DNA of 63,873 nt, the filler included. It is 8 parts of 8 records of this genome, joined end to end, with 100 filler letters (N's around TTAATTAATTAA, not from the genome) between each part and the next. Parts side by side here need not be neighbours in the genome. Positions count along the whole stretch, not along the records: positions 1 to 10,850 come from SRR31156797_97580; 7 more parts are not named here. One strand, given 5' to 3'. This document shows positions 1 to 10,340 of the stretch, piece by piece (position 1 is the first letter of the stretch; each line of letters starts with the position of its first letter). The position numbers were made by a program, and so were the translations under genes. The notes under the pieces were generated by a model, which saw only the letters and a program-made list of their open reading frames with translations, was not told the DNA's origin and ran no database searches.

Positions 1-1
1 C

Positions 2-589
2 GAATGCGTCGTCTTGCACGGCGCGTCCGGGGCCGGGAAAAGCACCCTTCTGAGAACCATGTACGCCAACTATCTGCCGCAGGCCGGTCGCATCCTGCTC
101 AAACATCGCGACCAGGTCGTCGATCTGCTGCAGGCCGATCCGCATGTCGTGCTTGATGTCCGCAAGTGGACCATCGGGTTCGTCAGCCAGTTCCTTCGCG
201 CCATCCCCCGGGTGCCGACCGTCGAGATCGTGGCCGAACCCCTACGCGCCCGCGGCGTCGACGATTCGACGGCTCGCGACCAAGCCCGCGAACTCCTCGA
301 ACGGTTGTGCATTCCCGAACGCATGTGGAGCCTTTCGCCGGTTACCTTTTCCGGCGGCGAGCAACAGCGCGTCAATATCGCGCGCGGCTTCATTGCCCCC
401 TTCCCGGTATTGCTTCTGGACGAGCCGACGGCGGCCCTGGACGCGGCGAACCGGTCGCGCGTGGTCGATTTGATTCAGCAAGCCAAGGCGCGCGGCGCCG
501 CCATCGTCGGCATCTTTCACGACCGCGAGGTCCGCGAGGCGGTGGCCGATCAGTATTTCGATATGCAGGCATATGAGGCGGCGGCATGA
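2..589 (+). CDS. phnL: C-P lyase ABC-ATPase subunit PhnL (5' truncated)
   Basis: Walker [37 protein letters not shown]; stop overlaps phnM start (ATGA). Confidence 0.95.
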   Translation, partial: ECVVLHGASGAGKSTLLRTMYANYLPQAGRILLKHRDQVVDLLQADPHVVLDVRKWTIGFVSQFLRAIPRVPTVEIVAEPLRARGVDDSTARDQARELLERLCIPERMWSLSPVTFSGGEQQRVNIARGFIAPFPVLLLDEPTAALDAANRSRVVDLIQQAKARGAAIVGIFHDREVREAVADQYFDMQAYEAAA

Positions 590-1725
590 GCAGGCTGATT
601 CTGACCAATGCGCGCATCGTTACCGAAAAGCAGTGCATCCTCGGCACCCTGGTCGTCGATTCCGGCATCATCACCGCCATCGACCGCGGACTGACGGGCA
701 TTCCGGAAGCGATCGATTGCGACGGCGACCATGTTCTTCCCGGCCTGATCGAACTGCATACCGACAACATGGAAAAGCACGTCGCGCCGCGTCCAGGCGT
801 GCGCTGGCCGCCGCTGGCCGCGGCCCTGTCCCACGATGCCCAGGTTGTCGCAGCCGGCGTCACCACCGTATTCGACGCCCTTTCATTGGGCGACATCGTC
901 GAAGGCAGCGATCGGCTGCGCAATCTCAGATCCATGGTCGGCGCCGTCGTCGACGGGGTCGGTCGCGGGTTGATGCGGGCCCGCCACTATCTGCATCTGC
1001 GCTGCGAGGTCAGCTACGAAGGGCTCGAATCCCTGCTGCTGCCATTGATCGACGAACCGTTGGTGCAGCTCGTTTCGATGATGGATCACGCGCCGGGGCA
1101 GCGTCAGTTCAAGGACGTCGACGCCTATGCGCGCTACTACAAGGACAGCTTTCATTTGGACGAGCCAACCTTTCAGGCTTTGGTCGAACGTCACCTCCAT
1201 TCCAGCGGCGAATACGCTTCGGCCCATCGCACGATGGTCGCCAATGCCTGTCGGGACCGCAATCTGCCGATGGCCAGCCACGACGACGCGCTGCCGGAAC
1301 ATGTCGAGGAATCGGTGGCTCTGGGCATGCGGATTGCCGAATTCCCCACCACCACCGATGCCGCCATTTTGTCGCACGCCAAGGGACTCTCGGTGATGAT
1401 GGGGGCGCCGAACCTGGTCCGCGGACAATCCCATTCGGGCAACGTTTCGGCCATGGAAATGGCCGAGGCCGGCGCCCTCGATATCCTGTCGTCGGACTAT
1501 ATGCCGTCCAGCCTGCTGATGGCGGTCCTCAAGCTCTGGCGGACCGCGCGCTGGAACATCTGCGATGCCGTCGCGCTGGTCACCGCAAACCCCGCCCGTG
1601 CGGCAGGCCTATCCCGCTTGGGCGTGCTGCATGAAGGGAATATCGGCGACGCCATCCGGGTACGGTTCGACGATGATGTCGCCGTGGTCCGTCAGGCCTG
1701 GCGCGCCGGCGAACGGGTGTTGTGA
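586..1725 (+). CDS. phnM: alpha-D-ribose 1-methylphosphonate 5-triphosphate diphosphatase PhnM
   Basis: Amidohydrolase motifs [50 protein letters not shown]. Confidence 0.96.
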   Translation: MSRLILTNARIVTEKQCILGTLVVDSGIITAIDRGLTGIPEAIDCDGDHVLPGLIELHTDNMEKHVAPRPGVRWPPLAAALSHDAQVVAAGVTTVFDALSLGDIVEGSDRLRNLRSMVGAVVDGVGRGLMRARHYLHLRCEVSYEGLESLLLPLIDEPLVQLVSMMDHAPGQRQFKDVDAYARYYKDSFHLDEPTFQALVERHLHSSGEYASAHRTMVANACRDRNLPMASHDDALPEHVEESVALGMRIAEFPTTTDAAILSHAKGLSVMMGAPNLVRGQSHSGNVSAMEMAEAGALDILSSDYMPSSLLMAVLKLWRTARWNICDAVALVTANPARAAGLSRLGVLHEGNIGDAIRVRFDDDVAVVRQAWRAGERVL

Positions 1726-1742
1726 AAGGGGATGGCCAGCCG

Positions 1743-2447
1743 ATGACGAACGGTTCCGCACGCTTTGCCCTTTATTTCGCACCGGCGGAGACGACCCCCC
1801 TGGCCGCCTTGACGAGCGCCTGGCTGGGTCGGGATCCGGCCAGCGACAGCCCACGCGCCCGCCCAACGCTGCCCTGGATCGGAGCCGATGAAGCCGAGGC
1901 CATCACCGCATCGCCGCGCCGCTACGGCTTTCACGGCACCCTCAAGGCCCCGTTCGCCCTTGCCGCGGGCTGCGACGAGCAAAGCCTGACCGCCGCGATC
2001 GAGAAATTCGCGCAGAACCGGGCGCCGTTTCGCGTTTCCCTGAAGGTCGGCGTGCTGGAGGGTTTTCTCGCCCTCAGGCCGGCCGAACCGAATCCGCAAC
2101 TCAATGACCTGGCCGACGCCTGCGTGGAAAGCTTCGATTCCTTCCGGGCGCCGCTTTCCGTCGACGAACTGGCCAGGCGCCGTCGGGCGGCACTGACGCC
2201 CAGGCAGGACGAACATTTGGTCCGTTGGGGCTATCCCTACGTGTTCGATACCTTCCGCTTCCACATGACGTTGACCCAGCGGCTCGACGATGACCGCCGC
2301 GATGCGGTTTTGGCCGGGCTGTCCGGGATGTTCGCCGATGTTCTGTCGGAACCGGTCGCGTTCGATTCCATCTGTCTATTCGCCCAGCCCTCGCATACGG
2401 CATCGTTCCGCCTGATCGGGCGCCGGGCATTCGGCGGTGCGGCATGA
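1743..2447 (+). CDS. DUF1045 family 2H phosphoesterase (phosphonate metabolism associated); start may be 1722
   Basis: RFALYFAP, PRRYGFHGTLKAPF, WGYPYV, FRFHMTLT (two HxT motifs); directly after phnM. Confidence 0.88.
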   Translation: MTNGSARFALYFAPAETTPLAALTSAWLGRDPASDSPRARPTLPWIGADEAEAITASPRRYGFHGTLKAPFALAAGCDEQSLTAAIEKFAQNRAPFRVSLKVGVLEGFLALRPAEPNPQLNDLADACVESFDSFRAPLSVDELARRRRAALTPRQDEHLVRWGYPYVFDTFRFHMTLTQRLDDDRRDAVLAGLSGMFADVLSEPVAFDSICLFAQPSHTASFRLIGRRAFGGAA

Positions 2448-3583
2448 ACCACGAAGGCTCGATGACGCAGCTGGCGCCTTCGCCGGCCGTAAAAGCCGGC
2501 CCGGTCGGGCCGCGCATCGTCCGCCGCGTCACCGATCTGATACCGACGCCGCCTTCCGGCCTCAGGGACCGGCTGGCGGATATGCCGGCAACGGCATCGG
2601 CGCGCCGGCAGGCGTGGTCGCTATGCACCTTCTTTGACCTGATCGAAGCCGGCGGCAGTCCCGTTCCCTCTTCGTCCGACGGTTCCTGTCTGCGGGTCGC
2701 ATCCTGGAACGCCGAGCGGTGCAAGTTCATCGACGAATCCGCCGAACTGATCCGCTCGGCCGGGGTCGACGTCGTCTTGCTGGCGGAAGCCGATCGCGGC
2801 ATGGCCCGATCCGGCGGCCATCACACTGCCAAGGACTTGGCCGAACGCCTAGGATGGTCCTATCTGTTCGGTGTCGAATTCGTCGAACTGGGTCTGGGCG
2901 ACACCCGCGAACGCCATTGGCATCGCGGCGATCGCAATCCCGAAGGGCTTCACGGCAACGCCATATTGAGCCGCTTCGACCTGATCGATCCGGTGCTGAT
3001 ACGGCTTGACGATGGTGAAGCGTGGTTCGCCGAACCGGCCGATGGGCAACGCCGCGTCGGCGGCCGCATGGCGCTTGGCGCCCGGGTCCGTGTCGGCGGC
3101 ACCGAAACGGCGCTTTTCGCGGTTCATGTGGAAAGCCGCTCCGGCCCGGACGAAAGGGCAAACCAGATGAACCATCTTCTACGGGCAATCGATGTTGCCT
3201 ATCCGGACGGCCCGGTCGTCATCGGCGGCGATTTCAACACCTGCACCCTGGTTCGCCCGCAGGAAAACTCGACCGGGAACAGAATTGCCCTGGCAGCGGC
3301 GGATCCGCAACGCTTCGTCAGGCCAGTTCCTTTTGAACCCCTGTTCGATGTTGCCCGTGCGAACGGTTACGATTGGCAGACCAGCAACCTTCCCGATCGC
3401 CCGACCCAACGCACCCGCCCCGACGGCACGCCGGTTCCGCCCTTGGGCAAACTCGATTGGTTTCTGACCCGCGATCTGATCGCGCAAGACGCCACACAGA
3501 TCGCGGCGGTCAACGCCGAAGGCGCGGCGATTTCCGACCATGACATGATCACGGCGACGGTTCGCATTTCACAGACACCTTGA
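2444..3583 (+). CDS. Endonuclease/exonuclease/phosphatase (EEP) family protein
   Basis: WNAER, LAEAD, HGNAILSR, GGDFN, KLDW, SDH catalytic motifs; ATGA overlap with DUF1045. Confidence 0.88.
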   Translation: MNHEGSMTQLAPSPAVKAGPVGPRIVRRVTDLIPTPPSGLRDRLADMPATASARRQAWSLCTFFDLIEAGGSPVPSSSDGSCLRVASWNAERCKFIDESAELIRSAGVDVVLLAEADRGMARSGGHHTAKDLAERLGWSYLFGVEFVELGLGDTRERHWHRGDRNPEGLHGNAILSRFDLIDPVLIRLDDGEAWFAEPADGQRRVGGRMALGARVRVGGTETALFAVHVESRSGPDERANQMNHLLRAIDVAYPDGPVVIGGDFNTCTLVRPQENSTGNRIALAAADPQRFVRPVPFEPLFDVARANGYDWQTSNLPDRPTQRTRPDGTPVPPLGKLDWFLTRDLIAQDATQIAAVNAEGAAISDHDMITATVRISQTP

Positions 3584-3690
3584 TCCGCCCGACCCTTCAG
3601 CGGGCAGTCCGCGGCGCTTTGATTGCCGCCGTTTCGAGAGGCGGTAGCCACAAAACCAAATGGCGCGTGAAAAGCGGGCGGCGGCATCCG

Positions 3691-4899
3691 TCAGCCGTTC
3701 CGCACGAACCACCCCAACACTTTTCGCCAATCCCAGCCGGTCAAGTCATGGCCGCCATTGCGCAGATGCCAGGCAACGGCATCGGTGGCAACGGCGTTGC
3801 CGGCCCGGAAGACGTCCTCGACAGGCGGCAGGCCGATGCCGGGGAATTCAAACCTCCAAAACGGCAACGCCGCCCGGAGCGCCAGATACTCGCCGCGCGG
3901 GTCGGCCCACAGATTTTCCGAGGCACTCGCGACGTACAGCCGGCGCGGTGCAACACAGGCCAACAACTGATGCTGATCCACCGGCAGTTTGTCCGGCCGC
4001 GCAACGGCTTCGGCCGCCGCCGGGGTCAACCAATGGGGAAACCGTGCATTCATATGTGCCAGCGTTTCCCCAAAATTACGGCGGGAAAGCGAGGTGCCGC
4101 CGCATCCGGCATTGTTGATCAGCGCGCCGGCGACGCGACGATCGTTGACCGTCGCCCAAAGAGCCGCCTTTCCGAGCCGCGAATGGCCGGCCAGATAAAG
4201 TCGGCTCCGGTCGATGTCAGGCTGGTTCCACAGCACGTCGATCAGGCGCATCAACCCCCAGGCCCAAAGGCCGATGGCGCCCGGCGGTTCTGCCCCGTCA
4301 ACCGGGGCCAACAGCTGCCACACCCCCTTTTCCCTGCAATGGACCGGATGATCGGGTACCCATCCGCCATATCCGGAAATCAACAAGCCGAACCCGGCAC
4401 CGGTGATCGCCTGAACCGGCCAGCGGTCCCGATGACGACCACGAATGGCATCACCCGGCCGCCCGTCGACGACGCCCAATTCGGAAAATCCATCGATATA
4501 GGCCGTCTCGTCCAGGTCCACCCCTTCGTTCGGCGTCACCCCGGCGGGGCCGAGAAAATTGAGCCCGCAGATCACCGGCAGCGGGTTCTCTACTGTTTCC
4601 GGACGCCAGAAAACGGCAGGCCGCACCAGCGATCGACCGCCACAAGCCACGGATATCCACCACTGTTCGCAGATCGTGTCCGGGAAGTCGCTCGGCAGCG
4701 GCATTTTTTCGATCGAACAGCCGTCCGGTCCCGGCGGGATGGTTCCGTAGAGAAGCTTGGCGAATGTTTGACGCAAATGGGTCTGGCAGGCGTCACGCTC
4801 GCTGGCGGTTTCGATGTGGCCGCCATTCGAGGCGGTCATCAGGTCCGGCAGGACGACCCGCCCGACTTTCGTCTCATCGTAGTTGATCGGGATTGCCAC
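3691..4899 (-). CDS. CE15-like (glucuronoyl esterase family) alpha/beta hydrolase
   Basis: NYDETKV..LPD N-terminus, GAIGLWAWG, GHSRLGK nucleophile motif, DQHQLLACVAPR, WADP, GGHD; likely GTG start at 4899, 5 nt after the upstream stop. Confidence 0.8.
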   Translation of the reverse strand: MAIPINYDETKVGRVVLPDLMTASNGGHIETASERDACQTHLRQTFAKLLYGTIPPGPDGCSIEKMPLPSDFPDTICEQWWISVACGGRSLVRPAVFWRPETVENPLPVICGLNFLGPAGVTPNEGVDLDETAYIDGFSELGVVDGRPGDAIRGRHRDRWPVQAITGAGFGLLISGYGGWVPDHPVHCREKGVWQLLAPVDGAEPPGAIGLWAWGLMRLIDVLWNQPDIDRSRLYLAGHSRLGKAALWATVNDRRVAGALINNAGCGGTSLSRRNFGETLAHMNARFPHWLTPAAAEAVARPDKLPVDQHQLLACVAPRRLYVASASENLWADPRGEYLALRAALPFWRFEFPGIGLPPVEDVFRAGNAVATDAVAWHLRNGGHDLTGWDWRKVLGWFVRNG

Positions 4900-4904
4900 G
4901 GCCG

Positions 4905-7379
4905 TTATCCGAACAGGCGCACTTGCCCGGCATGGGTCCAAGACGCCGGGTCAAGAATTCGGCCTTCCGCGTTAATTACGCCGTCAGGCGCACAATCGAT
5001 CCGCCCATAGTCGGGATCGGCGACAACCATCCAGCCATCGGCGCCGATGTCGGCGTCAAGGTCCGCCAGCCGCTCCGAGAACGATGCCAGGCTGCCCTCC
5101 GTCTGCCTGTCGGAAAGCCGGACGATCCAGGTCGTCCGGCGCCCGGCGACACGGATTTCGCAGCCCGCCGTCGACCCGGTTTCCAGCCTTTCCATGGGCG
5201 AGCTTGTCCGGATCAGGGCAAAGGCATCGCCGGCCCGCAACAGCAGGCGATTCTCCTCAAATTCGAACTCGTCGAAGTATCCTTCCGGTACCCAGGCGTG
5301 CGTGAAGTCCGGCGTCTCCTCGGCGGTTTCGAAGTGCAATACGGCCAAGGCACGATATTGATGAACCCGCGGCAGGATGCCGCAGCCGCCCCAATAGGAT
5401 GGCCGGCCGAAACCGCTTTTCACCCACTCGCCGGGATGGTTGATCCAGAACTGGGATTCGGCCTCATCGCCCATCCGGGCATGCAGCACGGTCTCCTGAT
5501 ACCCCCATGTCCCCGGTTTGTAGGCGGCGACGCTGCCCATGGCGAAAGCCCGGTTCTTGTAGTGATAGAGATGCGCGAACCCGTCTTCGCCCTGGCAATA
5601 GGTCCATTCCCGCGCCTCGGTTCCGGCCCAAAAGGCGATATCGGCAAGCGCCGCGTCCGGAACAAAGCCGTGATCGCGAATGCATAGGGCCAGTTGCGGC
5701 AGCGCGTGCACGTGCCGGCCGTAGAAACCGCGTCCCCAAAGCAGGCGTGCGATGGCGGTCAATTCCAGCGTCCGCCCCGGACGCAGGGTGAATTCGTAGC
5801 TGCGCCCCTGAGATGCTGTCAGCACGCCCTGGTGGCAACACTGGGCAACGATGGAAAGCAGGCGTCCGATAGCCTTTGCGGCGCGGTCGCGAATATCCGC
5901 ATCGGGCGCCAGGGCGTACAGCGTGCACAGCCCGTTGAGGTCGACCGGAAAATAGGGCGCACTGTTCCACTCGGCCATCTCGTTGGCTTCGAAATGATCG
6001 AACCATTCCCGCAAACGGACCGCGCCGATAGCCTGTTGTTCCGAACCGGTTCGCCCCGAACGGTCGAACCGGCCGTCCGCAAACAACAAGCCCGACAGAT
6101 AACAGGCTGAATGGAACAGCAGTGCGTGGTTCTCGCTGAAGAACCACATGACGTCGTTGCCCGGTTCGTCCATCCAATAACGGAAACCGAGGATCGCGGC
6201 ATCGACGCGTTCGCGCAACGCGGGATTCAAACCGTCTCCCCACTCAATACGGGCCCAGATCAGCGGCACCATCAGGAAATCGGCGCAATCGTGATTCTCC
6301 TCGATGGACGGCAGACAGGCTTCGATCATGGCTTCGATTTCAACGCCGTCTCGCCCCGTCGCCAGACAGGCCAGAGCCCGTACCGTGTCCGTCTCCCCAT
6401 TCGCCGCGACATGGGCCAGGGCTTCCTCGGCTCGGGCAATCAAGTTTTCCGGCGTATCGCGAGGTGTCCCGGCGGAAGCGATCTCGGCGCCGATGGCGTG
6501 GCTCAAACACATGTCGTCCGATATCAGCGTCACGTCGAAATAACGGAAATCCGCAGGCAGGTCTGAAACGCCGGCGACAGTCAATCGATCCCGGCCGACG
6601 TCCAAATGCCGATCGAAGGCAAGGGATTCATGGGAAATGAAATGCCCTCTTATCTCGATCTTCGCATCGAATCCAGTCCGCGCCGGGCGCTCGAATTCGA
6701 TGATGACGTCGCCGTCCGAATAGTGCGGGGCGGAAAACCGCATACCGGCAAGCAACTGTTCCATCTCGCGAACGGTTTCGGGCGGAATTGGAACCGGCAA
6801 GGCGGTTTTCAGGCCTTCCCCCTCGATCAGCTTCATCGCGAAATAATAACGTGCGTCCCGCTCGCAAAGATCGGCGACCCACACCTTGATCTCATTTTCG
6901 CCGGCATCAAGTTCGACGGTCAGGTCCAGGCTTCCTTCCCAGTTGCGCTTGTAGGGCGCGAACCATGCCGCCTCGGCTCCATTCACGAAAACCATCGCGG
7001 CGCCGCAGGTGGTTAATCGAAATCGGGCGATACCGCCTTTATCGCTTCGCACACAGGTCCGGGCCCAGGTCTCCACACAGGTGGCGCGGAACCAGAAACC
7101 GGACAGATCGACCCGGTCGGCGCCGAATGGGAACCAATACCGGTTTGCTTCGAAAGCCGTTTTCGGTTCGGGATGGCGGTCCCGATAGCGGGCGGCGAAT
7201 TCGCGCCGGCAGGGATATTCGTGCGGAATGTAGTTGCGCTGATCGGTCAGGAAGAAGCCGGCGTCCATTTGGCCGGACATTGCTTCGTCGGGAATGTCGA
7301 AGGGCTTTTCACCGGTCTTCGAAAGTTGCCATCGATCAATGTTACGCCCTGCCTTAAGCGGAGATACGAGGTAATGCAT
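4905..7379 (-). CDS. 824-aa hypothetical cytoplasmic protein, possible heparinase II/III-like fold
   Basis: Long ORF between GH31 and CE15 on the same strand; motifs WFFSENHALLFH and EWNSAPY; no signal peptide seen. Confidence 0.75.
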   Translation of the reverse strand: MHYLVSPLKAGRNIDRWQLSKTGEKPFDIPDEAMSGQMDAGFFLTDQRNYIPHEYPCRREFAARYRDRHPEPKTAFEANRYWFPFGADRVDLSGFWFRATCVETWARTCVRSDKGGIARFRLTTCGAAMVFVNGAEAAWFAPYKRNWEGSLDLTVELDAGENEIKVWVADLCERDARYYFAMKLIEGEGLKTALPVPIPPETVREMEQLLAGMRFSAPHYSDGDVIIEFERPARTGFDAKIEIRGHFISHESLAFDRHLDVGRDRLTVAGVSDLPADFRYFDVTLISDDMCLSHAIGAEIASAGTPRDTPENLIARAEEALAHVAANGETDTVRALACLATGRDGVEIEAMIEACLPSIEENHDCADFLMVPLIWARIEWGDGLNPALRERVDAAILGFRYWMDEPGNDVMWFFSENHALLFHSACYLSGLLFADGRFDRSGRTGSEQQAIGAVRLREWFDHFEANEMAEWNSAPYFPVDLNGLCTLYALAPDADIRDRAAKAIGRLLSIVAQCCHQGVLTASQGRSYEFTLRPGRTLELTAIARLLWGRGFYGRHVHALPQLALCIRDHGFVPDAALADIAFWAGTEAREWTYCQGEDGFAHLYHYKNRAFAMGSVAAYKPGTWGYQETVLHARMGDEAESQFWINHPGEWVKSGFGRPSYWGGCGILPRVHQYRALAVLHFETAEETPDFTHAWVPEGYFDEFEFEENRLLLRAGDAFALIRTSSPMERLETGSTAGCEIRVAGRRTTWIVRLSDRQTEGSLASFSERLADLDADIGADGWMVVADPDYGRIDCAPDGVINAEGRILDPASWTHAGQVRLFG

Positions 7380-7430
7380 GGTCCAGTCCCGAGTGGTCGC
7401 TTCTCAAGGTTTCAGGGGCAAGTGCGGGTT

Positions 7431-9923
7431 TCAGTCGTCCATCCCGATCAAGTCGAAGTCTTCGAAGCTGACCACCACCTGGTAGTCAGAATTCGGGTTC
7501 GGGTATTTGATACGGACGGCCGCGGCACCCGCCTCGTAAATCCAGCCGGCACGCGCGGCGGCCCATTTGTCGCGGTCCAAAAACTGTTTTATCCGATCGC
7601 CTGCCACCGACACCCAGAAGGCGCCTTTGCGCTCGTTGATCACTTCGAGGCTTACCGTCCTGACCAGCGATGCGTAAGAGCCTTCGCGTGCGAACGATAA
7701 CGTCGTTCGCTCGCCTGCGGTGAGGTCGATGCGGGTCTTCAGATAGACGCCCTTTTCATGGTCCCTGGTCCGACCGTCGTCTTCATAGAGGGTGAAGGAC
7801 GCGTCCCTGCCCGGCGCAACGATCAGGGCCATAACCTCGGGTTCCTGCCGGGCGATATCGGTCAGGCCGGGGCACATCGGCAGGATGGAACCGTCGCGGA
7901 TGAAAAGCGGGATCGACCCCAGATCGACATCGACTTCGATCGTCTGGCCGCCTTCGATACGTTCTCGGGTTTCCCATTCGAACCAATCGGTCCCGGCCGG
8001 CAGATAGATCTCTCGCGTCTCGGCGCCTTGTTCGACCACATTGGCGACCAGCAGCGCCGCCCCGGCCATGAACGCGACATCCTCGCCGTCACAGTTCGGA
8101 TCGCCCTGGAACTCGTAAACCAATGGCCGCAGGATCGGAGCCCCGGTCTCGTGGGCCTCGCGCATCAGTGCGTAATAGTAGGGCACCAGGGCATAGCGGA
8201 ATTGAATCGCCTCGCGGATCAGGGGCGTGACGTCCTCATACATCCAGGGTTCGGTCACCGTATTGTCGTTATTCGACGAATGGATCGAAAAACGCGGCTG
8301 GAAAATGCCGTTCTGGACCCAGCGTACGAACAGTTCGGCGTCCGGCGCCGGCCCGAAAAAGCCGCCGATATCGCATCCCTGGTTGGCAACGCCCGACAGA
8401 CCGAGACCCAGCATGGTGGCGATGTTGTAGCGCAGGCTTTTCCATTCGGTGCGATTGTCACCGGCCCAGGTCTGTGCATAGCGCTGGATTCCGGCAGCGC
8501 CGGAGCGGCAGATCACGTAAGGCCGTTCGCCCGGCCTGGATTCGGTCACGGCCTGATGCGATTCGCGCGACATCAAATTCGCCTGCAGCACCCGCGCCGC
8601 GCCGGCCGGTTTGGCCTCGCCGTCACAGTCGCATTGGGCCATGGCGTCGTTGATCTCGAATTCACAGTTGTCGTTCCAGATCGAAAAAACGCCCTTCGAG
8701 GTCAGGCTGTCGATCATCATTTGCCGCCAAACCCGGCGTCCTTCCGGATTGGTGAAATCGACGAAAGAACCGAGACCGCCCCACCAGCGGTCGACATGCG
8801 GTTCATCCGCATCCGATTGCCGAACGAAACCGCCGGCATCAGCGAACTCGGCGTAGTGCGGATGGCTTAGCAGGATACCCGGCTTGACGTTGGGCGAGAC
8901 GATGATGCCGCGCTCGGCCATTGCCGCGAAAAATCCTTCCGGATCCTTGAAGCGCTCGGAGTTCCAGGTAAAGACATAGCGTTTGTTGCCGTCCCCGACC
9001 GTAAAGCCCGATGACAGCTGGAAACCGTCGATGGGGATGCCTTCTGCCTTCGTTTTGTCAACGAAACCGAGGATGGCGTCGTCGCAGTCGGACGGCAGCT
9101 CGCTGTAGTACATGGTTGACCCCAGATATCCCAGCGACCCCTTCGGCGGCAGCACGGTTTTGCCGGTCAGATCCGTATAGCGCCGGACCACATCGGCCAT
9201 GTCCGGCCCGTCGATGAAAAACAGGTCGATGTCGCCGCCGTCGGCGCAGTAGTAGGTGTAGGGATGCCAATAGCCGCTGATTTCGCTGCCCATCTCGAAC
9301 TCGGCGTCCCAGCAATTGTGATAGAAAAGTCCGCTGGCGCGGCGTGCCTTCCCGTCGAGTCGGATGAAAAACGGGATGTGCTTGTACAGACTGACCGTTC
9401 GTTCGGCGTCATACCCGATGGCGTCTTTGGGACTTAGGCGGATCCGCCGGCCGGCCTTGTCCAAGGGGCCGGTGGTTTCGCCGAACCCGAAATAGCGGTC
9501 GTCGGCCTGCCGTTCCCGATAGTGGAAAACCCGCCCCAGGCGATCGCGGACGAAGGCCCGCCCGGCCAGATCGGCATGCAAGGTCTCGCCATCGGCCGAC
9601 AGGATACGGATACCGAATGGTGCTTTCGACACGACCAAATGCAACGCCCCGGCCGCCAGTTCGATGGTGTCGTCGGTTTCCGTGATTTCCGGTTTCACCA
9701 ATTCGACCCGACGGCGTTCGGAACCGAGCACGGAATCGAGACGGTCCGGCCAACCGGTCAAGGTCAGGATGTAGGATTCCTCGTCGAAACGGCGGTCGAA
9801 AGAGGCCCGGATGCGGACGATATGATCGGTCAGGAACTGGATCCGAACCGCCGGCCCATCGGTTTCGATGATTGTCGCCGAGCCCGAATCGTCGAAGCCC
9901 GTAACTTTGTTTTCTATGCCCAT
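7431..9923 (-). CDS. Glycoside hydrolase family 31 (Aec37-like subgroup)
   Basis: GFGETTG, LYKHIPF, WNDNCE nucleophile motif, GIQRYAQTWAGDN, GCDIGGF, RWVQNGIFQPRFSIHS, LYEDDG. Confidence 0.93.
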   Translation of the reverse strand: MGIENKVTGFDDSGSATIIETDGPAVRIQFLTDHIVRIRASFDRRFDEESYILTLTGWPDRLDSVLGSERRRVELVKPEITETDDTIELAAGALHLVVSKAPFGIRILSADGETLHADLAGRAFVRDRLGRVFHYRERQADDRYFGFGETTGPLDKAGRRIRLSPKDAIGYDAERTVSLYKHIPFFIRLDGKARRASGLFYHNCWDAEFEMGSEISGYWHPYTYYCADGGDIDLFFIDGPDMADVVRRYTDLTGKTVLPPKGSLGYLGSTMYYSELPSDCDDAILGFVDKTKAEGIPIDGFQLSSGFTVGDGNKRYVFTWNSERFKDPEGFFAAMAERGIIVSPNVKPGILLSHPHYAEFADAGGFVRQSDADEPHVDRWWGGLGSFVDFTNPEGRRVWRQMMIDSLTSKGVFSIWNDNCEFEINDAMAQCDCDGEAKPAGAARVLQANLMSRESHQAVTESRPGERPYVICRSGAAGIQRYAQTWAGDNRTEWKSLRYNIATMLGLGLSGVANQGCDIGGFFGPAPDAELFVRWVQNGIFQPRFSIHSSNNDNTVTEPWMYEDVTPLIREAIQFRYALVPYYYALMREAHETGAPILRPLVYEFQGDPNCDGEDVAFMAGAALLVANVVEQGAETREIYLPAGTDWFEWETRERIEGGQTIEVDVDLGSIPLFIRDGSILPMCPGLTDIARQEPEVMALIVAPGRDASFTLYEDDGRTRDHEKGVYLKTRIDLTAGERTTLSFAREGSYASLVRTVSLEVINERKGAFWVSVAGDRIKQFLDRDKWAAARAGWIYEAGAAAVRIKYPNPNSDYQVVVSFEDFDLIGMDD

Positions 9924-10340
9924 TTTTCCCTCCCAACCGCACCGCTGAAAACGGCATTTCCCGATTTCGGCGTCGTTTCGACTCTTACTCCGTTACCGGC
10001 GTTCCGGCCACCTTCAAATCTGAAAACCCGGGGAATCGGCGATTCCACAATGCGGTAGCGCAATCATCGGACTTTCGATTGTATTTACCGGTTTCCGAAG
10101 TCCGATTGGCGCCCCATGGTCCCGATAATCCCTTGATTTCGTCGATATTGTCACATCTCCCAACTTTACACGCCCAGCGGGCGGCGGTTACGATGAAAAC
10201 CGACAAGGAAGCTGGCCATTTGTCCATATTCGAACAATCCGGTTCGAAAACGCGCATGACAAGTTTGTCTTTTGAGGGTAAATTAGATCGTTCAAAAAAT
10301 CTACAGCAGGTGAGTGCTTCGTCATACAGAGGAGGAAAAT

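Noticed and set aside
7431-9923. Sulfoquinovosidase assignment for the F1 GH31
   Set aside because: The nucleophile motif is WNDNCE rather than the YihQ-type MADFGE, and no sulfoglycolysis genes are visible.
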